In this document: positions 1-9,300 of the stretch, piece by piece
How positions within the stretch are numbered: position 1 is the stretch's first letter
How the letters are laid out: the number at the start of each line of letters is the position of its first letter
Source of the DNA: Candidatus Altiarchaeota archaeon
Lineage (GTDB): Archaea; Altiarchaeota; Altiarchaeia; IMC4; SCGC-AAA252-I15
DNA length: 64,000 bases
Assembly: GCA_043800255.1 (NCBI GenBank)
Contig: JAZDNF010000006.1
Coordinates: forward strand, 1-64,000
Reading direction: 5' to 3'
Program-made: the position numbers and the translations under genes
The notes under the pieces: generated by a model
Database searches by the model: none
Told to the model about the DNA's origin: nothing
What the model saw: only the letters and a program-made list of their open reading frames with translations

Positions 1-102
1 ATGAGGGAATCTCTAGGCCGTGAACAAACGCTCAGGTTTCCTGGAAGCGAGCACAGGCAACAGGTCACCGTCATGAGAGAAGAAAAAGTCGAGAAAAAAT
101 AA
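1..102 (+). CDS. Possible 3' end of a gene running in from the left edge
   Basis: Frame 1 is open from base 1 to TAA at 100-102 (…VMREEKVEKK*); followed by a GC-rich stretch; no recognisable motif. Confidence 0.3.
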   Translation: MRESLGREQTLRFPGSEHRQQVTVMREEKVEKK

Positions 103-166
103 CCGATACCACCCGCCCGCTGACGAAGAGCCGCGGAGGGGCTGAGAAGTTGTGGTGGGGGCGGAT

Positions 167-415
167 TTATTGTTCGTTTTTGTGGTACAAATCCAAGAAA
201 ATTATCTTATCCTCCTCTTTTAGGGACATGTACGATAACCGATATGATCCGACATGTACTTCTCTGGTACCTTTTCTGGAGTACCTCATTGGTTTGCCGA
301 TTTCAGGATTATCCCCTATTTTCTTAAACTGTTTGAGAATTTTTCCCTTTATTGAACGGTCTTTGATTTTTGAAAAAAGTTTCTGAAAAGAAGGGTGAAA
401 AACAGCGATTACCAT
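167..415 (-). CDS. RelE/ParE-family toxin
   Basis: 82 aa basic; NPEIGKPMRY…REVHVGSYRLSY…LYHKNEQ is typical of archaeal RelE; overlaps the upstream antitoxin. Confidence 0.9.
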   Translation of the reverse strand: MVIAVFHPSFQKLFSKIKDRSIKGKILKQFKKIGDNPEIGKPMRYSRKGTREVHVGSYRLSYMSLKEEDKIIFLDLYHKNEQ

Positions 416-675
416 TTTTCTGCTTCTTTAAGAAAATCGTCGAAATCCACCTCCACAAATTCACCAGCCTCGTATTTTTTCAAGGCTTCCTCAGTCCTCT
501 TCGCAAAAACCAGGTCTTCCACAAGATTCTTGCTGAAATCAACAGCCTTTTTCATGATAAACTGGTCAGCATTATGGATGATCACTAATTTCTCCCCCTC
601 CTTAATACTCTTCCTCATTTCAAGAGGGATAACAACCTGGCCCTTAGAACTCATCTTAGTTATAGCAACATCCAT
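409..675 (-). CDS. AbrB/MazE/SpoVT-family antitoxin
   Basis: TKMSSKGQVVIPLEMRK AbrB signature; acidic C-terminus; ATG at 675 preceded by AGGTGG (alternative GTG at 684). Confidence 0.9.
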   Translation of the reverse strand: MDVAITKMSSKGQVVIPLEMRKSIKEGEKLVIIHNADQFIMKKAVDFSKNLVEDLVFAKRTEEALKKYEAGEFVEVDFDDFLKEAEKW

Positions 676-689
676 GGTTACCACCTAAG

Positions 690-703
690 TAAGATTAGTC
701 TTA
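690..703. promoter_or_regulatory. Palindromic operator TAAGA-N4-TCTTA between the TATA box and the TA operon start
   Basis: TAAGATTAGTCTTA; equivalent TAAGATTCGTCTTA at 31695-31708 at the same position before the paralogous TA pair; TATA-like TTTTATAT upstream on the minus strand. Confidence 0.65.
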
Positions 704-891
704 ACTAATATAAAAACCCACCAGTAATGCCGGGCTTGCTAATAAATAATCCCCCAGCAGGCCGGGGGTTATCCATTTCTCAAAGAGGCTGAAAATATAA
801 CAAAAAAACCCGACCCAAAAAATTACAACCAAACAAACAAAGCCCGCCACGGCGGAATCTGGACGGGGCAAGGTGAGCCGCAGGGAACGAA

Positions 892-1050
892 TCGCTTAAC
901 AGTTGTAGTGCGCCTCGAATAGAACAAGGTAGATTGAGAGCGCAGCGGGGCACGAGGCCGATAGGCCGAGTGAGTTGAGGTTTAGGCTCTCAATCGCCCC
1001 CCGAGCGTAGTTCTACGCAAGGAGAATTTCGTTTAAACAAAGTTATGCGA
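892..1050 (-). repeat. attC-like palindromic element, copy 1
   Basis: Minus strand begins TCGCATAAC (contains the stop of 1043-1669) and ends GTTAAGCGA (near-perfect inverted ends; RYYYAAC/GTTRRRY-like); internal hairpins; shares four sequence blocks with 2982-3089. Confidence 0.5.
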
Positions 1051-1669
1051 TAATTTTGATAATTGCGGTATCCACTCCATATTCTTTTTTAACTTCGAGC
1101 AGCTCCAATATCAAAAAACCAAAATCTGCTTTATTACACCACCCACCGTTCTCCAAACAATCTGTTTGGTCAATTGGTTTCTCACAGTCATAGAAAATAC
1201 CCATTGATTTAACAGTTGAGTTAGTTAGATTAGACACAATTATTATTGCTCTAAACATTCCACTACAACGATTTTTGTATAAACTAACTCCACCATCATT
1301 ATAACCACCCTCTATAAATTTTAATCTCAACTGCCCGTATTCAACGTTCTCTCCTCGAGGTATTTTGAGAATATTAGGTAATGTTGTGGTTGTTGTCGTA
1401 GATGTGGGGGTTGTTGAAGTGGTAACGGATGTCGTCGCTTTCAACTGCTCTTCAAGGTTCTTAACCTCCCCCTCAAGCTCTTTTATTCTCGGGTCTGTTG
1501 TTGTCGTTGTTTTCACTGTTGTCGTGGATTTCTCAGGGCACTTGCTGATGTCGTCCACCAACTGGCCATTCGGACACTCATAGGGATTAACTACCTCTCT
1601 CTTGGTGGTACAACCACTAATCAAAACAAGCCCAACAACCAAACAAATTAGGAGTATCCTCGATTTCAT
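1043..1669 (-). CDS. Secreted lipoprotein, Thr-rich, unknown function
   Basis: Lipobox LVLISGC, CPNGQLVDDISKC motif, two Thr-rich linkers around a short coiled coil, Cys-containing C-terminal domain. Confidence 0.8.
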   Translation of the reverse strand: MKSRILLICLVVGLVLISGCTTKREVVNPYECPNGQLVDDISKCPEKSTTTVKTTTTTDPRIKELEGEVKNLEEQLKATTSVTTSTTPTSTTTTTTLPNILKIPRGENVEYGQLRLKFIEGGYNDGGVSLYKNRCSGMFRAIIIVSNLTNSTVKSMGIFYDCEKPIDQTDCLENGGWCNKADFGFLILELLEVKKEYGVDTAIIKIIA

Positions 1670-1734
1670 GTATGAGAGATTAGGATACCATAAAGATAAA
1701 GGTTAGTATGACCAATTAGGTTCAAGAAAGCAAC

Positions 1735-2985
1735 ATGAAGTTATTGACAAAAACAAGGGAGATAGAAAAAGAATTTAAGAGACTGATTAATTCCTATTCT
1801 GAATTCTTTTGGGCGTCGGCTTGGGCAGGCGTTGGCTTCGAATGTTTTACTGATTTGAAACGGAATAAAGATAAGATTAGACAGATTGTGATAGGCACTC
1901 TTTTTGATCAGACCCACCCTGATTTTATTAGGGAGTTTATTGGAATTGAAGGTGTAAGATTTCTCAGGCAAGAAAAAGGGACTTTCCACCCCAAGATTTA
2001 TCTCTTTCAAAATAATCCAAGTGACTGGGAGATGTTGGTGGGTAGTATGAACTTTACGGGAGGTGGTTTTTCTGATAATACTGAGGTAATGGCGTTAATT
2101 TCACCAAATGATTGTGATGCTGCCTCGATTTATGAGAATGCAAAAAAACTGATAGAGGATAGTTGGATAAGGGGGGAAAACTTTTCGGAACAAGAACTAA
2201 GTGAATACACGCGAGCGTGGGAAAACCAGCAACGGCGTAGCGGAAAATACGGGAAAGGAAAACCAGGAAAACCAATAAACCGCGTCGAGATAATGAATTG
2301 GACGTGGGAAGAATTCGTCCATAAAGTAAAAACAGAAAAAGCGATAAATAAAAAAGGTGAAGAGTACCCGAACATATTTCACGAACGCCTGAAAGTCCTA
2401 GACATGGCACGAGAACTTTTCCGAAAACATTCCCATTTCAAGTTAATGAACAAAGATGCACAGAGAGGACTATCGGGTTTCATAGGGGGAAAGAATTGCG
2501 AGATAGATTGGTTTTTGTTTGGGAGTACACGAGGTGCTATTGTGTTCGCGAATAGGGTCAACCAGAATAATAAACACATTTCTCTTGCTTTGGATAAAAT
2601 ACCATTTGAGGGAGAAGTAACAAAAACACACTACGAAAATTTTTTAGATGAGATTAAGAATGCATTTCCTGAGGGATTTATTGCAATAGCAACTGCTTCA
2701 AGATTACTTTCAATGAAAAGACCAGATATATTCATCTGCTTGAATAAGAAGAACAGAGAGAACCTTTGTAAAGACTTTGGAATGAAAAAAAGTAATGAGT
2801 TTAAAAAATTAACCGAGAGAACCCAAGAGAGATATTGGGACGAAATAATTGAAAGAATTCAGGATTCAGATTGGTGGAATGCACCACCACCAAAAGATGA
2901 GATAGAAAAGAAGATATGGGACGGAAGAAGTGCATTTATAGATGCCATTTACTATGATCCCTCCTCTCTCAATCCGAAAGCTTAA
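1735..2985 (+). CDS. Phospholipase-D (HKD) family nuclease, NgoFVII/BfiI-like restriction-type
   Basis: FHPKIYLF and GSMNFTGGGFSDNTE single-HKD nuclease motifs in the N-half; helical C-terminal domain (IATASRLLSMKRPD). Confidence 0.8.
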   Translation: MKLLTKTREIEKEFKRLINSYSEFFWASAWAGVGFECFTDLKRNKDKIRQIVIGTLFDQTHPDFIREFIGIEGVRFLRQEKGTFHPKIYLFQNNPSDWEMLVGSMNFTGGGFSDNTEVMALISPNDCDAASIYENAKKLIEDSWIRGENFSEQELSEYTRAWENQQRRSGKYGKGKPGKPINRVEIMNWTWEEFVHKVKTEKAINKKGEEYPNIFHERLKVLDMARELFRKHSHFKLMNKDAQRGLSGFIGGKNCEIDWFLFGSTRGAIVFANRVNQNNKHISLALDKIPFEGEVTKTHYENFLDEIKNAFPEGFIAIATASRLLSMKRPDIFICLNKKNRENLCKDFGMKKSNEFKKLTERTQERYWDEIIERIQDSDWWNAPPPKDEIEKKIWDGRSAFIDAIYYDPSSLNPKA

Positions 2986-3109
2986 ACGAAGCTCGGGTTA
3001 TGGGGGCGATTGAGTGTTGCGAGCCGTTCTTGGCGAGCAACCGTTTTTTATGCCTAAACCTCAATTGCGCATCTACAACTATTAAGCGAGATGAATGTTC
3101 GCTTAATAG
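2982..3109 (+). repeat. attC-like palindromic element, copy 2
   Basis: Blocks TTAAACGAA / GGGGGCGATTGAG / GCCTAAACCTCAA / GCGCATCTACAACTATTAAGCGA collinear with copy 1; ends in a perfect 11-bp inverted repeat CTATTAAGCGA…TCGCTTAATAG. Confidence 0.5.
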
Positions 3110-3394
3110 TAAGATTTGGTGTAAAAAGCGAGATTGGGTATACTTCTAGCTCTATGATAGAGTATATGACAGATGAGAGCAAAAGTTATTCGCTGGAAGA
3201 AAAACGCAGATTTGTAGCAAACAAGGACATCAAGAAACTCGCAAATCTGCTTTAGGTCCAGAATTTATTTTTAAAATATGGATAATCCACCTACAATAAG
3301 TTAACAGAACCCACAGAAGTTACATTCAGTCATACAAAGAATAGATTAATCAGATAGTATAAAACCATCAGCCAAGTGCATTTTTTTAATTTGT

Positions 3395-6300
3395 TTATAT
3401 GTTTAGTGGTGTGCTTATTAGGTTCCAGCCTGACACCAGTGATATGCTCACTAGGTTTGTGGCCTGTGTGCTTGATTGTGCTAGGGTGTATTCTGAGAAG
3501 TGGGTGACGTTGGCGTAGAGGTAATCGGCTGTGGTGTTGACACCCTCATCGTAGACCCAACCGAGGTCGGTTGTGAGTTCCTGCCAGTTGCCTATGCTGC
3601 CATTATACCAGTAGAGTGCGAGGTCGGTTTCGTTCATGTTGGAGGCGTTGACTTCGGCCTCGGAATAGTAGACTCGCAGGTAAGCCCAGGAGAGTGAATT
3701 TGTCACTTCCGGGCTAGCGTCTATGGAGATGAACCTGTTCAACGATGGAACAGAGAAGGTGCCGTTGGTGGTGCTGTTGCGGGAGGATGTTACCATGACC
3801 CGCCCGTTTGATACCGTAGAGTTCATGACCATATCCAACGTCACATTCGTTCCAGTAGTCAGGTTCACCCTGCCCGTCTCGTTCACGGTCACATTAAGCT
3901 GCGTGTTCACCGTGTCAGAGCTCGTCCTGTTCACGGTCAGGATTCTGTCAACTGCCGAGAACCTCTCGTTCTCCCAGAGGTCGGCGCAGAGGACATTCCA
4001 GCGGAAGGTGCCATTCGCCATGTCAGCCAGATAGAACCCGTTAACCTGGTTGTTCAACACGCTAACCGTCGTATTGGTCGCAGCCCACGTTCCGGACATG
4101 TTCGTGTACAATGAACAGTTAACGACAGAAGCCTTCTGCGAGGCCCTATACTTTATGAAAAGGTTCCCATCATAGTCTGTCAGGCTGCTGGCAGGCTGCT
4201 CCAGGCTGACCTGCACAACATACGGCAGGCTCGTCGTGGTGGTCGCATTTATTGTGGTCGTGGTCGAAGACGTTGTGGTCGTTGTCGTATACCCCGAACA
4301 GTTCGCCGTACACGAGGAGGTCATGCCAACGTCAGACCAGGTGTAACGTGTCGTGCAGGTGTTATCGTCTCCAGAGCTTTCAGTATAGTAGTAGTCGTAG
4401 ATGTCATACTCCGTGGAACCGCACAGGAAGTTGTTGGATATGTTGTTGTAATCCGAGTAGTAGTTGTATATCCCGTATTTGCTCCATGTGACGTTGTTGT
4501 TCAATATCGTGTTGTTGCCTGAACTGTAATAGAGGATGATGCCGTCGCCGTCTGCTATGACGTTGCCTGACACCGTATTCAGGTTCGAGTACGCGAACGC
4601 TATATGCCCGGCGGCGACGCCATTCAAGGTAACGCCACTAGTGTTGAAATAATAGTACACCGGACGGCCGTTGACCGTATTACTTGTGCCTATGCTGTGA
4701 TTGTAATAGGCGAACGAACCGCCGTCTAACCTCAGATTCCAGTCGTTTTTCGAAAAATTGTTCCCAGACAGATTACAGTTGATAGACGCGTACAGGTATG
4801 CTCCCTCCTCACTGTTGTTGTAAACTGTGTTGGCTGTTAGATTGTTATTGTTCGAAGAGTACACGTATATCCCCTCGCCCGTGCTATTGTAGACTGTGTT
4901 GTCTTCCAGCCTGTTGTTGGCTGACGAGGAAAGGCTTATCCCATCATATCCGCTGTGCTCCACCCTGTTGCCTGCCATACTGTTGTTGCTCGAAGTGTCC
5001 GAGTCTATGCCGTCCTCGGGCGACATCGAGATGTTGTTCCCTGAAACGTTGTTGGAGTTCGAATAGTACAGGTACACTCCGTCCGCAGAGCTGTTGCGTA
5101 TGTTATTCGAGAAAACGGTATTGTAGTCGGAGTATATGATCCGAACTCCCATTCTGGCATTATTCATGTCGCTGTTTGAGATCGTGCTATTGTAGGAGTT
5201 CCTGTATATCACAGCCCCGTCAGCGTCGGTCAGATTGTTATTCGTTGCTGTGATGTTGCTGCTGAACGCTATACCCAGGTGGCCTACGTACCTGCCCTGC
5301 AGTACTTGGTTGTTTTGGCCGTAGTAGTATCTGACCTGCTTCCCGTTTACCGTGTTGAAGCGGTCTATGGTATGATTGTAGTCGCTGGAAGCGGATGATT
5401 CGACATACAGGCCGGCGCTTCCGCTGTCCTCGAGGGCATTGTACGAGAGAGTCCCTAAAGACGCGCCATACAGGTAGATGCCATAGGCGCCTGAGTTCCG
5501 GATAGTGTTATTCAACAGCGTCACATGGTCTGCGGAAACGTATATCCCATCGGTGTCTGAATTTTCCACGATGTTAAAGCTCGCGTCCGTATAATCTGCG
5601 GACGACAGGTATATTCCCCTGTTGTTGTACCTCAGCGTATTGTTTGAGACGTTGTTCCACTCGCCGTAGTAGATGTAGACCCCGTTCTGCGAGTTGTTCT
5701 CCACGATGTTGTTCTGTATTGTGTTGTTATTGCCTGCGTAGACTGAGATTCCATCATCGAAGGACGAATTCCTGATAGTGTTATGCCGTATCGTGTTGTT
5801 GTTCGAATAGTAGGTGTATATTCCATTGTAAAGCGAGTCCCTGATCGTGTTGTTATTCACCTGGGAATTGTTCGCATAATACAGGATTACGCCATAGTAG
5901 TTGCCTGAGACGTTGTTCCTCTCTATCACGGCATTTCCTGAGCTGATGTAGATTCCATAACCTGAGTAGCTTCCTGCGCTATACCCTACGCCGCTTATCG
6001 TCGAATCCCTTATCGTCAGCGCAGAGCCTGGCATCGCCCTAAACGTATACGCTATCGACGAATTCGATGACCGTATTGTGGAGTTCGTGAAATTCATGGC
6101 AGCCCCGTTCTCGACCGTGATTCCAAACTGGCCGTCCGACGTCCCGTTCAGCACGAGGGTACAGTTTACGGCGGTGAGGCTGTTGCCAGACGTCGCGAGG
6201 ATGCTCCCAGCCATGGTGACAGTCTCATCAGTGCAGTTCGAACTGCCGGACACAACACCCTGCGTCCGCCAGTCGCCTGAGGGAACATTCAGCGTGAAAT

Positions 6301-9300
6301 TCACATAAACCGTCTGGTTCGCAACCCCTGTGATCTGCACATTGTTATCGTATGTCTGGTACACGCCGTTAACGAAGACAAGCCACTGCGTTGGCGTGGT
6401 CGGGTAATCAAGTTGCACGGTATATGTTCCGGTATTTAACTGAGTTAACGTGTAGTTGCCTGCCGAGCCCGCAGTTGCGGAGCTTATCGTCGTCGAGCCT
6501 GACAGCAGACTGAGATTCGCGCCCTCGATGGGGTCGCCGTTGGCGTCGAGCACAAGTCCGATGACACTGCCGCTCCTCGGCAGTGTGAAGTTACGATAGG
6601 CAGTCTGGCCGGGAATCACGTACACAGACTCTGTTATGTTCAGAAGCTCCAAACCTGCTGGCGGATTGACCTGGATGTTGTACGTGTTGTTGGCGGCGTT
6701 TGGATAATAGGGATAGGTGTCGTTGTCCAATCCTGTGAGGAGGAAGCTGCCGTTCGCCTCTCCTGTGAACTTCGGGTCCTCGGATGTGACGCCAAGGAAA
6801 TAGTACAGCGTGTGGAGCAGGGGATACGGCACCGGATCCCCATTGTAGTCGAAAACGTACCCTGATATTGAACCCTTCCTCGCAAGCGTGAAATTGACCG
6901 TGACAGTCTGGCCTGAGGATATCGTGAAGTTGTTACTCGACCAGTTCAGGTTCGCAGACGCTGCTGGGGTGACGGTTATGTTGTTGTCCCCGTCAGCCAG
7001 CCCTATTATTATGTAACTGCCGTTCGCGCTGCTGGAGCCGTAAACTGTCAAGGCGCCAAACACCGACACTGACACATTCGCTGCCGGGTTCCCATCCTCA
7101 TCAAGTATGAAACCAGTGACTGTGGCACCCTGTGACAGGCTCAAATTCGCGTTAGAAGCCTGGGTTCCGTTCACATACACTGTGGTTGAATTCCTCCGGA
7201 AGTTTCCGCCGGACGGGGGATGGGCAGTTACAGTGTAATTGCTGGTTACAAGGCCTGTAATGTTATAATCGCCGCTCGCATTCGTGTATGCTGTCTTACT
7301 AGCGCTTCCTGATGCGGTGACCAATGAACCGTTCACCCCAGAACCGTTGGCGTAGGTTATCCTCCCATAAATCGAGCCGCCTGGATTGAACTGCGTGTAA
7401 TTGTAGGATGATGTGTTGTACAGGTTGTACAATTCGACAGTCTCTCCGCTGCTGTTGACGTACATCGTCAGCCTCGACAGCGCATAGTATGTGTTCCTGC
7501 CCTCCTCCCTGAGGGTCAGACCGTCAAACGGCAGCCTCAGCCAGCTGGTTCCAGCTGACAGGGTGGAGTGGTTGGCTGCTGTAGCAACTCCTGTGCCGTT
7601 CTCATCGGAAACCAATGCAGTTATGTAATAATTGCCATACAGACCGATTGTTAACGCCACGTCAATGTTCAAGTAATCGAAGAACCCATCTCCGTTAGAG
7701 TCTGAGCCGCTGTTGAGGTATGTGCCGTTCGGGTAGCTATCATGGGGCGAGAACTGCGTGTAAGAGTAGTTTGACGTGATATGGACGCTGCCGTATTCTG
7801 CCACGAGGTTGTTGTTGCCGTCCGATACCAGAAGCGTTAGGTTGTAGGGTCCGTTGGTCATCCTGGCGTAGATGTCGCCGCCGCTGAATCCAAGCTGTAT
7901 GCTCCTAAATGTCGCGGAACCTAGGGAGGAAGTGCTGGCCCGCGCCAACAATGTCCCGGTTGAGCTGTAAAGCCTCCCTTCGAAGGAGTATGTGTCGCTT
8001 AATACCGATGTGAAATTCAATGTCACGTTCAGGTACTGATACTTCGAGCTTACGAGGTTCGACAGTGCGCTGGAGTAGTTGACGGAGAAGAACTCTGCAG
8101 CATAGGCATCAAATTGGGTGTAATTGTAGGATGAAGTGCTGTAGACATATCTTGCGACTGTGCTGCTCCCAAGGGATGTGAGAACGTAACCGTCCTTGAG
8201 CTCAAGGGTTATGTTGTAGGGCCCGTTGAGTGTGGCGTTCCTGATGTCCTTGCACTTGAAGCTCAGTTGCAGCTGCTGCACGCTTAATGATGAGTTTGTG
8301 CTGTTGTCTGACGTCGCTATCACGTCGCCCGAAGAGTTTGTGATTGCCCCAAGCACGGTATACTCTTCTCCAATGGTAGTGTTAACGCTCAGATTCAGTA
8401 TCAGATAATCGTACAGGCTGTTGTTGTTCGCATCTATGGCATATGCTGTTACGTTGGAGTTGAATCCCACGCTGTTGCTGTCGAAGTCAGTGTAATTGTA
8501 CGATGATGTCCGGATTCTGGACGGATAAGCGTATACCTGTAAGCTACCGTTTGAGATGTCATACACTGTCAGGCTCATATTGTAGGGGCCGTTCACGCCG
8601 CCGGCGCGTATCGCCTGCCCGGAGAAGTTCAATGAGACGTTCAGTATGCCGGAAGCAGAGTAGACTTGTGTTGACGTTGAGTCGGTAACGTTTCCAGTAG
8701 TGTCATACAGTATCCCCTGCACGCTGTAATTGCCCTGCACCGAGATGTTCAACCCGAGGTACATGCTGAGGAGGTCGTATTTTGTGTTGGAATTGTTGTC
8801 CACCCCGCTGTCAGACTCAGCGCCAGTGTAGAATACGCTAGGATATGAGAAGCTGGTGTAGTTGTATGCTGATGTGTTGTAACCGCTTGTGAAGGCTGCG
8901 GAATTCGTGCCGTTCTGATAGTCCAAATAGGCTTGGGTGAGCTGCAGTGTCCCGTTCAGCATGTTGCTGTAGATGCACGTGCCTGAGAACATGAGGGAGA
9001 GGCTCTGGACTCCAGTAGTTAATGACAGGTCAGAGCTTGCATAGCAGTAGCTTGAGTTCCTGCCGTCATAGAGGAAGCCTGAGAAAGTGTAGTTGCCTGC
9101 CACTGTGACGTTCGCCTGCGCGGTAACGTTCAATGCCTCCCCGATGCCGTCCGAGTTGCTGTCAATTCTGGAGTCCGAAAAGGCTCCAGTAAAGCCTGAA
9201 ACCGATGCGACACTCTTCAACGGCGGCGAGCTTCCGGCGCCCCAAGGCCACCACCACCATGAATCGAAACCATGCCGCCTGAAAATTGTCTTGTACTGGT

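Noticed and set aside
3154-3255. 33-aa ORF (…KSYSLEEKRRF…)
   Set aside because: Too short; possibly a gene fragment but unsupported
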